Virus record (IMG/VR): IMGVR_UViG_3300047157_000197
Span: 211,971-275,970 of that record
Length of the DNA: 64,000 nt
Reading direction: 5' to 3' (one strand)
Made by a program: the position numbers and the translations under genes. How positions within the stretch are numbered: the stretch's first letter is position 1; the number at the start of each line of letters is the position of its first letter. The notes under the pieces are model-generated. The model worked only from the letters and a program-made list of their open reading frames with translations, searched no databases and had not been told where the DNA came from. Below, piece after piece: positions 29,646-39,460 of the stretch.

Positions 29646-30723
29646 GCGTATATTAGATTTTCATCACCAAGCTAATAGATTATTTGGAAGATTTCTTGAT
29701 ATCAACGATTATAGAGATTCAGCCAATGGTGTTTATGATGCTATAATTGCACATAGACAAATTGAAGAAGATGGTGAAATTGAAGAACTTATTAAATATT
29801 GTAAAAAAACTACAAGAGTAATAGTAGATATAACAACCGAATCTGGTCAAATAGAACTTTTTATTGATAGATTTAATAAAATTATAAATAAACATCCATA
29901 TAAATTCATTTTAATTTCAGATGTACCTATTAATAAAGTAGTAAATTGTAAAGTGATAGATGATTATTCACTTGCATTTACATCTCATTTAAATGATTCA
30001 ATGGTTGGTAGAGTATATCATCATCCAACAGGTGCAAAATTGCAACATGGACTTGATAGTTATAATGGTTCTTTAAGAATACAAAGATTATGGTTAAATT
30101 ACTTTTTTATTACAAAATTCAGAAGAGATGTATTACCATTGAACGTTGAGTTTAATCATTATGTAAATTTAGGCGAAGGTCCACAATTTTATCAAGAACA
30201 ATTTGAAAATTTACTTAAAGAATTACCCACAACTGAAAGAAATGAAATACTTCATAATAAACAATATATAAACCCACCTGGAAAAGATATTGATATTGCA
30301 CATTTCAATGATTTAAAACACCATTGTAACACCGTAAACGTTGTAAGTGAAAACACAATAGGTAATGATATGAATAAAAACGATGATTCCTTTCATATAA
30401 CTTTCACAGAAAAAACAATTAAACCATTTGTAAGAGGACAGATACCGTTAATACATAGTTATGTAGGATTGCAATCTAAATTAAGAGAATTAGGATTTGA
30501 TTTATACGATGAATTTGTAAACCATTCATATGAAAATGAATCAGATTCAGTAAAAAGACTTGAAATGATTGTAGATGAGGGTAAACGATTAATGTACTTA
30601 GATACTGAAAATTATTTAAGAGAAAATCAAAGTAGAGTTTACAAGAATAAAAAATTATGTGAGTATTTGGTATGGCAAGGTAAAACCATGGTACATGATA
30701 TAATAGATAATATTAATATTTAA
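29638..30723 (+). CDS. GT10-like (fucosyltransferase-like) protein
   Basis: NVVSE, FTEKTIKPF, LRELGF, HSYE. Confidence 0.5.
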   Translation: MSKRILDFHHQANRLFGRFLDINDYRDSANGVYDAIIAHRQIEEDGEIEELIKYCKKTTRVIVDITTESGQIELFIDRFNKIINKHPYKFILISDVPINKVVNCKVIDDYSLAFTSHLNDSMVGRVYHHPTGAKLQHGLDSYNGSLRIQRLWLNYFFITKFRRDVLPLNVEFNHYVNLGEGPQFYQEQFENLLKELPTTERNEILHNKQYINPPGKDIDIAHFNDLKHHCNTVNVVSENTIGNDMNKNDDSFHITFTEKTIKPFVRGQIPLIHSYVGLQSKLRELGFDLYDEFVNHSYENESDSVKRLEMIVDEGKRLMYLDTENYLRENQSRVYKNKKLCEYLVWQGKTMVHDIIDNINI

Positions 30724-30783
30724 AAATTAGAAAAGCCTATCAAAAAATTTTAATATACTATACTTATATTAAAGAGGATTACT

Positions 30784-31347
30784 ATGGAAAATAAAAAAGA
30801 AAAAATATTCCCTAATTATGACCCAACTCAAGATTTATCTTTAGCTGGTAAAAATCGAAGAATGAAACGAGGATTAGGTGCAAAACCACTTCTCGAATCA
30901 GAGATAAAGGAAGTTCAAAAGAAAGCTCGTTCAGCAATGGAAGCAGCTAGATTATTGGGAGTATCTTACAACACTTATAAAAAATACGCAAGAAAATATG
31001 GTATCTTTGAAGATTTAAAGAACCCTGATGGAACTGGTATTCGTAAAGGATATAATATCAAACGAGGAAAATACTCTTTAGATGATATTTTAAAAGGGAA
31101 ATATCCTGATTACCCTGTTTGGAAACTTAAACAAAGATTACTCAATAATGGTTATATGTTAGAAAAATGTAACAAATGTGGATTTGAAGAAAGAAGAATC
31201 ACAGACCATAAAGTTCCACTTGTTTTAGATTTTCTTGATGGAGATAGAAAGAATCATAATTATGAAAATTTAAGAATGTTATGTTTTAATTGTTCCTTTC
31301 TAATTAATGGAAATTTATCAGGCCCTAAAAAAGAATACGAATATTAG
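30784..31347 (+). CDS. HTH + degenerate HNH-like zinc-finger protein
   Basis: AARLLGVSYNT; CNKC...LDFLDGD..N...NLRMLCFNC with the usual His residues missing. Confidence 0.65.
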   Translation: MENKKEKIFPNYDPTQDLSLAGKNRRMKRGLGAKPLLESEIKEVQKKARSAMEAARLLGVSYNTYKKYARKYGIFEDLKNPDGTGIRKGYNIKRGKYSLDDILKGKYPDYPVWKLKQRLLNNGYMLEKCNKCGFEERRITDHKVPLVLDFLDGDRKNHNYENLRMLCFNCSFLINGNLSGPKKEYEY

Positions 31348-31377
31348 GATAATTAAATAATTTTTTGTATATTTGTA
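31344..31377 (+). promoter_or_regulatory. Bacteroidota sigma70-type promoter
   Basis: TTAG-N20-TATATTTG. Confidence 0.7.
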
Positions 31378-31390
31378 GAAATAAATAAAT

Positions 31391-31714
31391 ATGAGTTACA
31401 TAATCGGTGATAAGTGTGTAAGTGTATGTGATACTGCATGTGTTAAAGTATGTCCTGTTAATTGCATACATGGTCCTATTGATATTGAGGGAGCAGGAAA
31501 TGAAGTTGATAATATGTCACCTGAGGAATTAAAAGGAAAACAACTATATATTAATCCAGAAGAATGTATTTTATGTGGTGCATGCGTACCTGAATGTCCT
31601 CCAGATGCTATTTACTATGATGAAGATGATACAATTAAAGCAGAAGGTAATGCTGAATCTGTGAAAAAAAACTATGAATTTTTTGGATTCGAATTTGGAA
31701 AAGATAAATTTTAA
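31391..31714 (+). CDS. dicluster ferredoxin
   Basis: CVSVCDTACVKVCP and CILCGACVPECP. Confidence 0.9.
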   Translation: MSYIIGDKCVSVCDTACVKVCPVNCIHGPIDIEGAGNEVDNMSPEELKGKQLYINPEECILCGACVPECPPDAIYYDEDDTIKAEGNAESVKKNYEFFGFEFGKDKF

Positions 31715-31720
31715 AAAAAA

Positions 31721-31752
31721 TTAGGAAATTAAACAAATTTTTCGTATCTTTA
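31721..31752 (+). promoter_or_regulatory. Bacteroidota sigma70-type promoter
   Basis: TTAG-N20-TATCTTTA. Confidence 0.65.
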
Positions 31753-31790
31753 TACGATAAATACATATATATAAATATAAAACAGAAATT

Positions 31791-32003
31791 ATGAGTAAAT
31801 TTTTCGAAGTTACAGTAGAAGTGGTTGTTGCCACACTTAAAAATGGTAAAGACAAAAAAGTAAAAGAAATCTACTTAGTAGATGCACAATCAGTAACAGA
31901 AGCTGAAGCAAGAACCGTAAAGGATTTTGAACAAAGTGGAGTTCAGATTGACTACAAAGTAAGTGGAGCAAAAGAAAGTAGAGTACTAAGAGTAATTGAG
32001 TAA
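31791..32003 (+). CDS. DUF4494-like protein
   Basis: KEIYLVDAQSVTEAEAR; Bacteroidota-associated family. Confidence 0.75.
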   Translation: MSKFFEVTVEVVVATLKNGKDKKVKEIYLVDAQSVTEAEARTVKDFEQSGVQIDYKVSGAKESRVLRVIE

Positions 32004-32269
32004 TGAGTAAAGAACCTCAAATACAAAAAGAAGAAGTTAAAACAAAAGTTGCAAAGAGAGTACCACCTGGAGATAGGTGGACTCCTCTTTCCAACTCTAC
32101 CGTAATGTTGGATTCTTTAACTGATGTACTTGAATTTATTTATCAAGATACAGGTAAAACACAATTTTATATGGATGCTAAAGAAGGATTTGTATATGTT
32201 GTTGATACTGAAGAAGTGGTGATAGAACCAGAACCAACAAAAAGATGGAGTTTATACGGTGAAGAATAG
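32003..32269 (+). CDS. hypothetical protein
   Basis: ORF track; RVPPGDRW. Confidence 0.65.
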   Translation: MSKEPQIQKEEVKTKVAKRVPPGDRWTPLSNSTVMLDSLTDVLEFIYQDTGKTQFYMDAKEGFVYVVDTEEVVIEPEPTKRWSLYGEE

Positions 32270-32469
32270 AACAAAAAAATTTATACTAAAGTTAGTGTTT
32301 TTATATGCTACATTATTTCCCTCATCAGGTCTTATAACAGAACTACATGATTATAGTTCTAAAAAAGCAGAAGATACCGATGAGCATATGTTTATTTAAA
32401 AGTACTATATTTATAGTAGTGATGTAATATATCACAAAATCAATTAATTAATTAAAAAATAAAAAAATC

Positions 32470-32781
32470 ATGCAAAACATTTTAATTATTTTAGCTATCC
32501 TTGCAATAGGAGCTGCAGTTTATTATTTCGGATTCTACAAACAAGGTAAAATCAACGATAGAGATGGGGATTTTATTCCTGATGAAATCGAAGATGCAGT
32601 AGAAGATGTAAAGAAAGTTGCTAAAACTGTAAAAAGAAGAGCTAAAAGAGTAAAAGAAGAACTTGGTGATGTTGCAGATGCAATTAAAGAGGTTGGTAAA
32701 CAATCTAAAGATGTTGTAAAAGCAGCAAAAGGAAAACCAAGAGCAGGTAGAAAACCTAGAGCTTCTAAGAAAAAGAAATAA
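32470..32781 (+). CDS. single-TM protein with coiled coil and basic tail
   Basis: TM, DRDGDFIPD. Confidence 0.7.
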   Translation: MQNILIILAILAIGAAVYYFGFYKQGKINDRDGDFIPDEIEDAVEDVKKVAKTVKRRAKRVKEELGDVADAIKEVGKQSKDVVKAAKGKPRAGRKPRASKKKK

Positions 32782-32793
32782 GGAGTACTATTT

Positions 32794-33612
32794 ATGAGTT
32801 TAAAATCATTGATTACCGAAACAGTATTAATTGATTCAATGTATGACATCGAATCTGAATTACTGAATATAAAAGAAGCTTTATTAGAACAAATGATTAT
32901 CGAGGGCGTTGATGACCCTGGAATACTTAAATGTGTTTTCATGGCAGGAGGACCTGGTTCAGGTAAATCCTATACTGCCATGGAGATTTTCGGTATTGAT
33001 AAAAGATTAAAACAATCCTTTGCAATGACTGGTCTTAAATCAGTTAATTCAGATTCAGCATTTGAAAAAGGATTAAAGGATAATGGTATTGACCCAAAGA
33101 ACTTAGCAAAAATTGAAAAAGAAGATGCTGAACTTTGGGATAAAATTTCTAATAATGATGACTCTATTAGAAATAATGCAAAACGATTAACTCAACTTCA
33201 AAAGAAATTTTATGAAGCTGGTAGATTGGGTATGATTATCGATGGTACTGGTCATGTATATAGTAAAATTCAAAAGAATAAGAAATATGCAGAATCACTT
33301 GGTTACGATACCTACATGATATTTGTAAATACTTCACTTGAAGTAGCACAAGAACGAAACTTAAATAGAGAAAGAGTTTTAGATGCTGACCGATTAGAAA
33401 AATCTTGGAAAGATGTTCAGAACAACTTGGGTAAGTTCCAAAACTTATTCGGTGGTAACTTTAGGATAGTAGATAATACAGTTTATAAACCTATCGGAAA
33501 ACAAGTACAGAAAGCAGTAAATGCTTTTGTAAGAAAGAAAGTGTATAATCCAATCGGAAAGAAATGGATTCAAACTGCAAGAGCACTTAAAAACAAAAAC
33601 TTCATTAAATAA
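32794..33612 (+). CDS. zeta-toxin/AAA_33-like P-loop kinase with MSLKSLITE leader
   Basis: GGPGSGKS, NSD, IIDGTG, RN..R.R. Confidence 0.8.
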   Translation: MSLKSLITETVLIDSMYDIESELLNIKEALLEQMIIEGVDDPGILKCVFMAGGPGSGKSYTAMEIFGIDKRLKQSFAMTGLKSVNSDSAFEKGLKDNGIDPKNLAKIEKEDAELWDKISNNDDSIRNNAKRLTQLQKKFYEAGRLGMIIDGTGHVYSKIQKNKKYAESLGYDTYMIFVNTSLEVAQERNLNRERVLDADRLEKSWKDVQNNLGKFQNLFGGNFRIVDNTVYKPIGKQVQKAVNAFVRKKVYNPIGKKWIQTARALKNKNFIK

Positions 33613-33617
33613 ATTAA

Positions 33618-33752
33618 ATGGCATTAACATTAGGAAATCTCCTATCATCTCAAAAGAAAAAGAGACCAGGAGTACACGCTAAATCTAAAACTTCTAATAG
33701 TAAACAAGCAAAGAATTACAAGAAGAAGTATAGAGGACAGGGTAAAATATAA
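33618..33752 (+). CDS. small basic protein (KKYRGQG motif)
   Basis: 44-aa ORF read by eye: ...RPGVHAK...KKKYRGQGKI. Confidence 0.6.
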   Translation: MALTLGNLLSSQKKKRPGVHAKSKTSNSKQAKNYKKKYRGQGKI

Positions 33753-33765
33753 ATCTAAGCTCGTT

Positions 33766-34767
33766 ATGGAAAATGCAATAATCTTTACAGGGTGTTCTTA
33801 TACATTCGGAGAAGGGCTTGAATTGTATTCAGATACACCAAAGTGGATAAATCAAAGAAACTACCAAACCCATGATTTTGAATTAAAACAAATTCATGAT
33901 TCGGACGGTACTAACTTTAGGTTAAATAATAATTTTCCATCTATTGTTAGTAAACATTTTAATACCATACCAATACAATCAAATAAAAATGGTGGTAGTT
34001 TCGCATCAAGTCTACGATTTATACGAAAAAACCAAGCCACTATTAAAAAAGAAAAGACTAAAAAAATAGTAAGTATTATATTTCAGTTAAGTTCTTTTAG
34101 TAGAGAACCTTTTCATTTTGATTATTCTTGTGAATGTGATTTATGTGAAGGAACTCTTTGGGCATATTGGGGTGAGTTTTATATGCATTTAGAATATCTT
34201 AGTGATTTAATTTCAAAAAAAACTAATACAGAACAAATAATCAGATTTCAAACATCAATAGATGATAAAAATAGAAATGTAATTATTAAATATTTTTCGG
34301 GTATAATGAAACTAATTTATAATGATTTTGATTATGATTATTTTGTTCAAAAATCATTAGAAAATAAAGAATATTTTTCAACTATAATGGAAACTGTAAT
34401 GGAAAATATTGATGATATTAAAAATAAACAAAACAAAGATGTATTAACTTCACTTCAAGCAACAATAGAAAAATTTGAAAGGGAAATTGCACCTGTATAT
34501 TTTATAGATAGTTGGTGTGAGGATACTTCTAAATTAATTTTTAATAATGAGTTTTATTATAATAAATTAATACGCTTAAAGGGAGATGATGGTAAGTATT
34601 ATAAAAAATGGACAGAATGGGAAAAAACTATAAAGAATAGATTAGTAAAGGATGATTTTCCAAATACACATAATCATCATCCATCGCTACATTCACATCA
34701 ACGTATAGGAGAATCTATAATAGATTTTTTAAATAAAAAACCGTTTTTGGAAATAAAGTATATTTAA
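33766..34767 (+). CDS. SGNH-hydrolase-like protein
   Basis: FTGCSYTFG; C-terminal HHPS. Confidence 0.6.
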   Translation: MENAIIFTGCSYTFGEGLELYSDTPKWINQRNYQTHDFELKQIHDSDGTNFRLNNNFPSIVSKHFNTIPIQSNKNGGSFASSLRFIRKNQATIKKEKTKKIVSIIFQLSSFSREPFHFDYSCECDLCEGTLWAYWGEFYMHLEYLSDLISKKTNTEQIIRFQTSIDDKNRNVIIKYFSGIMKLIYNDFDYDYFVQKSLENKEYFSTIMETVMENIDDIKNKQNKDVLTSLQATIEKFEREIAPVYFIDSWCEDTSKLIFNNEFYYNKLIRLKGDDGKYYKKWTEWEKTIKNRLVKDDFPNTHNHHPSLHSHQRIGESIIDFLNKKPFLEIKYI

Positions 34768-34801
34768 TCAGGTATGCAAAACTTATATTAGATTATATTA
34801 T

Positions 34802-34963
34802 ATGATAAACTTATCTGAAGAAATACAAAGAATTTTAACAGTTCTTGAAGATGCAAGAGATGAAAAAGATTGGGAAATGGTAAATGATACTATTGCTGAT
34901 TTAGAAAAGGTCTACGAAGAACTTGATAGACAAGAAAATGGATTTACTTATGAATATGAATAA
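34802..34963 (+). CDS. small acidic helical protein
   Basis: 53-aa ORF read by eye. Confidence 0.5.
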   Translation: MINLSEEIQRILTVLEDARDEKDWEMVNDTIADLEKVYEELDRQENGFTYEYE

Positions 34964-35028
34964 AGTAAGAAAAATAATTTGGGAATATTGGATTAAACCA
35001 TGGGGTGTATCCATTTAAATAATAAGTT

Positions 35029-35415
35029 ATGATTATACCAATAGATGTAAAACCACCTAAGAGAGTACAAAAGCTTTGGGGATATGAATTGTGGATTCAC
35101 AATGATGAAGAATATTGTGGAAAATTATTAGTTTTCGTAAAAAAGATGGCAAACTTTTCAATGCATTATCATCTTAAGAAAAAAGAAACTTGGTATATTC
35201 AACAAGGAAGTTTTCAATTCAATTGGATAGATGTTGAAAATGGATTACACGATAGTAGGATTCTAAATGAAGGGGATTCTGTTTTGATAGAAAGAGGTCA
35301 ACCACATCAATTGGTATCGTTAGAAGAGAACTCAATCGTTTTTGAGGTATCTACTGAACACTTTGATGAGGATTCATATAGAATATACAGAGGAACACCA
35401 AATGATTTATTATAA
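35029..35415 (+). CDS. cupin-domain protein (sugar isomerase-like)
   Basis: KLWGYE, SMHYH..KKET, PH, EVST. Confidence 0.8.
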   Translation: MIIPIDVKPPKRVQKLWGYELWIHNDEEYCGKLLVFVKKMANFSMHYHLKKKETWYIQQGSFQFNWIDVENGLHDSRILNEGDSVLIERGQPHQLVSLEENSIVFEVSTEHFDEDSYRIYRGTPNDLL

Positions 35416-35583
35416 TGTATAACGAAAAACACCCAATTAAAATTACCAAAGAATTTTCTGAAAAGTACAATTCCCCAGCAATGAAGTTAAATCTTCTTGA
35501 ACAAGGTTGGAAGTATAAAGGAACAAATAAAGGTAATCCCATCTTTGAATATTATCATTCATAAAATTTTAACATAATTTTAA

Positions 35584-35636
35584 CACTTTTTATTAGGAAT
35601 TGTGGTTTATTTTCACTATATTTACTATGTAAATAA
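35584..35636 (+). promoter_or_regulatory. repeated promoter cassette (copy of 20155-20207)
   Basis: 14 + 32 nt identical blocks. Confidence 0.8.
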
Positions 35637-35643
35637 GTGATAT

Positions 35644-35868
35644 ATGATAAAGCAAAAACCACAAACAAACGGAATTGAAATCGATTTAACAGGTCCTCAA
35701 GGAAATGCATATTTCCTATTGGGTACTGCTAAGAAATTTGGTAAACAACTTGGTATGGGTGATTCCTATATTAAAGAAATGTTAGATAAAATGATGAGTG
35801 GAGACTATGAAAACTTAGTAAAAGTTTTTGATGATGAGTTCGGTTCAGTTGTAACTTTGTACAGATAA
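35644..35868 (+). CDS. small hypothetical protein
   Basis: LTGPQGNAYFLLG; has its own promoter. Confidence 0.7.
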   Translation: MIKQKPQTNGIEIDLTGPQGNAYFLLGTAKKFGKQLGMGDSYIKEMLDKMMSGDYENLVKVFDDEFGSVVTLYR

Positions 35869-35886
35869 AAAATAAATCAAAAAAAA

Positions 35887-35933
35887 CTTGTGTATGTCAA
35901 ATATATTTCGTATATTTACAAAGTAAATGAGTG
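35887..35933 (+). promoter_or_regulatory. promoter cassette shared with 38073-38119
   Basis: tttcgtatatttacaaagtaaatgagtg (28 nt identical). Confidence 0.8.
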
Positions 35934-35952
35934 ATAATTAAACCTTAAAACT

Positions 35953-38050
35953 ATGAGTAAATACAACAATTCTTCCTTTTGGTATGATGATTTTGAAACA
36001 GATGACATCATCGTTAACCAACTTTCCGATACGGAAAGAAAATCCCTAGATTTATATAAGTTGGCTTCTTCTAAAAGAGCAATATCTAACTTTGTTAATA
36101 TTGTAACCAACGAATCTGTACCTGTTAAGTTTAAAGAAAGAGGTGATTCTTATACCGATGGTAAATCAGTTGTTATTGGTAGTAGAATTACAGAACCAAA
36201 AGATTTTGATGTGGCAGTTGGATTGGCACTTCACGAGGGTTCTCACATTAAACTTTCTGATTTCAAATTACTTAATGATATATACAATTTAGTTCCAACT
36301 CATGTAAAAGATGGGGGCTATTAAAAAAGGTATTAATAATTCAATTGAGATTATTAAGAATCTTTGGAACTATGTTGAAGATAGAAGAATTGATAACTTC
36401 GTATTCAAATCAGCACCTGGTTACAGAGACTATTACAGAAAAATGTACGATAAGTACTTCAATGATAAGTTAATCGATAAGGCACTCTTATCTGATGAAT
36501 ATACCGATGAAACGATTGATTCTTATATGTTCAGAATTATTAACTTACACAACAAAAATACCCAACTTTCTTCTTTGAAGGGATTGAGAGCAATTTATAG
36601 ATTAGTTGGATTGAATACAATTAGTAGATTAACCAACTCTAAAGAATCCTTTAATGTTGCACTTGCGATGTTCAATATAATTTTAAAAAACCTTAATCAA
36701 CCAACTGATATTGATAACCAACAAACCCCACAAAATGAAAATGGTGAGGGTTCTTCTTCTGATGAACAAGGTTCTGATGATGGACAAGGTGGTTCTTCTA
36801 ATGAGGGAATGAGTGATGATGAGTTCAATGAATTATTAGAATCAATTGGTGAATCTCCAATGGGTGGTGATTCTGATGAATCTCCAACTGGTGGTAATGG
36901 AATGGATGTTGGTAACTTACCTGATAACATGGAAGGTAAACCAAGTGAAGATAATTCTACTTCAACAAACTCAGTTCAACTTTCAGATAGACAAAAAGAT
37001 TTACTTAAAAAGAAAATAGAGAAACAAAAGAAGTTCATGGAAGGTGATATTCAGAAAACTTCACTTAATAAAACAGATTCTAAGAACCTAAACGCTATTG
37101 AAGAGAGTGGTTCTGAAATGAAAGAAGTTGGTAAGGATGTTAAAAAAGGTTACTATGGTAATGAATCTGTTCAATGTATTGTAGTTAAGAAACTTACTAA
37201 GGGATTATTTGAATCAACAATGTTTCCAATGACATCAACAAACTATTGGAATCAAGATACACCAATGAGAATGGATTATGTAGAAGAGGTTCAGAAAGGA
37301 ATCAAACTTGGTACAATGTTAGGTAAGAAACTTCAAGTGAGAGGTGAAGATAGAACAACAGTTTTCAACAGACAGAAAGTTGGTAGAATTGATAAGAGAA
37401 TGATTTCATCTTTAGGATTTGGTAATGAAAATGTATTCCAATTCTCAGAAATAGATTCTTACAAAAAGGCTAACTTACATATCTCAATAGATGCCAGTTC
37501 ATCTATGAATGGTGATAAGTGGAGAAATACGATGATTAATGTAGTTGCAATGTGTAAGGCAGTTGATATGATTCCTAACTTACAAGTTCAAGTAACTTTC
37601 AGATGTACTCAAAATGAGAAACCATATATCGTTATGGCTTACGATTCTAAAACAGAAAAGTTTTCTAAAGTAAAACAAATGTTCGGTGGTTTAAGACCAA
37701 ATGGTACAACACCAGAAGGATTATGTTTTGAAGCAATTATGAAATCTTTTATTCCAATTAATAATGATATGGATTCTTACTTCTTAAATCTTTCAGATGG
37801 ACAACCTTACTTCGGTGGAAGAGGGTTCTACTACGCTGGTGATGCTGCTGAAAGACATACAGGTAAGATGATTAAAATGATTGAGAGTATGGGAATCAAA
37901 ACCTTATCCTACTTCGTATCAGATTATGGTGTACAAAGTTACGAAAAAAGAAGTTTCCAAACAATGTATGGAAAAGGAGCTAAGTTTGTAGATGTTACAA
38001 ATCTTAACCAAATCACGAAAACAATGAACCAATTATTTTTACAAAAATAA
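35953..38050 (+). CDS. HExxH + vWA domain protein (CobT-like MoxR partner; one-base insertion in G-run near 36315)
   Basis: LHEGSH, NYVEDRRI, MIDAS DASSSM, TPE, LSDG; removing one G joins the two ORFs. Confidence 0.8.
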
Positions 38051-38072
38051 ATGAAAAATAAGTACGAAAAAA

Positions 38073-38119
38073 TTTGTTTATTCCAATTATTTTTCGTATA
38101 TTTACAAAGTAAATGAGTG
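38073..38119 (+). promoter_or_regulatory. promoter cassette shared with 35887-35933
   Basis: TTTG-N20-TATATTTA; followed by TGGGGA/TCCCCA hairpin. Confidence 0.8.
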
Positions 38120-38168
38120 GGGAATTATCCCCAAGATAAATAAAGTATAAACCTTAAAACAAATAATT

Positions 38169-39392
38169 ATGAATGAAATGAATGAATTTAAAGTTGGATA
38201 TGTTTCCACAGAAGTGTACAAAGTTGAACAGTTTGGTAATACCTGGAAACTGATAGATTCACAAGGTACTAAAGTTGGTACTCTTGGAGCAACAACATTA
38301 ACAAGAAAAACAGCATTTAAAGAAGGTAAGGCACTTCAAGCATACATCAATAAGAATGGTAAGAAAACTTACAGAAAAGTTGATATGAATGTTTATAACT
38401 CCTTAGTTATTCCTATGAATACAGACCAAGGTGGTGTTCAGTTTGAAGATAAATCAGACCACACTGCAATAAAAGATTTTATCCACCAAGGTTCGGTATC
38501 TCTAAAACCAACTGAATTGGTTATGGAAGAATTGAAATGGAAATATCTTATCAGAAGTGCTGTGAGAGCTAAAAATATTATGATGACTGGACCGAGTGGT
38601 TGTGGTAAAACTATGGCTTCCAAAGCTTTAGTGAACGCACTCGATAGACCAGATTTCTATTTCAACCTTGGGGCAACTCAAGACCCGAGAGCTACCTTAA
38701 TTGGTAACACTCACTTCGATAAACAAAAAGGAACATACTTTTCAGAATCCGCTTTTGTTACGGCAATCAAAACTCCAAACGCAGTTATTCTGTTAGATGA
38801 GTTATCGAGAGCTCATCCAGATGCGTGGAACATCTTAATGACTGTACTTGACCAAGGACAGAGATACTTGAGATTAGATGAGGCTGATGGTTCACCAATT
38901 GTGAATGTGGCTGAAGGTGTTACTTTCATCGCTACCGCTAACATCGGTAATGAATACACATCAACAAGAGTTATGGATAGAGCAATCTTAGATAGATTTG
39001 TTACTATTGAAATGGATGTTCTTGATGATGTTAAAGAATTAGGATTATTAAAGTTTATGTTTCCTGAAGTTAAGGAATATGATTTGAAAGCAATCGCAGA
39101 AATCGCTCATCACACTAGAACTCAATCAATGAATGAGAATGGTAAGTTAACTTCAATGGTTTCCACCAGAGCATCTGTTGAGATGGCTGGGTTAATCTAC
39201 GATGGTTTCGAACTTAACGAAGCAGCTGAGATTTCAATCTATCCTTTCTTTTCTCAAGATGGTGGTGTTGATTCGGAAAGAACTTACATCAAACAATTGG
39301 TTCAGAAATACCAAATGGATGAAAATGGTGAACCTCTATTCAAAGAAGTAGATGACACCGAAAGTAATGAGGATGATATCCCTCAGTTTTAA
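38169..39392 (+). CDS. MoxR/CbbQ/CobS-like AAA+ ATPase
   Basis: GPSGCGKT, ILLDE, ATAN, DRAILDRF, STR. Confidence 0.9.
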   Translation: MNEMNEFKVGYVSTEVYKVEQFGNTWKLIDSQGTKVGTLGATTLTRKTAFKEGKALQAYINKNGKKTYRKVDMNVYNSLVIPMNTDQGGVQFEDKSDHTAIKDFIHQGSVSLKPTELVMEELKWKYLIRSAVRAKNIMMTGPSGCGKTMASKALVNALDRPDFYFNLGATQDPRATLIGNTHFDKQKGTYFSESAFVTAIKTPNAVILLDELSRAHPDAWNILMTVLDQGQRYLRLDEADGSPIVNVAEGVTFIATANIGNEYTSTRVMDRAILDRFVTIEMDVLDDVKELGLLKFMFPEVKEYDLKAIAEIAHHTRTQSMNENGKLTSMVSTRASVEMAGLIYDGFELNEAAEISIYPFFSQDGGVDSERTYIKQLVQKYQMDENGEPLFKEVDDTESNEDDIPQF

Positions 39393-39413
39393 GGTTATCA
39401 ATTATTTACAAAT

Positions 39414-39442
39414 GAATAAGGGGGATTAATTTCCCTCTATTC
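39414..39442 (+). terminator. hairpin after the AAA gene
   Basis: gaataaggggg...ccctctattc imperfect inverted repeat; no clear U-tract. Confidence 0.35.
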
Positions 39443-39460
39443 TAAATAGTATAAAGTTAC

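Noticed and set aside
32794-33612. Toxin-antitoxin system
   Set aside because: Only a zeta-like kinase fold; no antitoxin gene; the N-terminal leader suggests a different role
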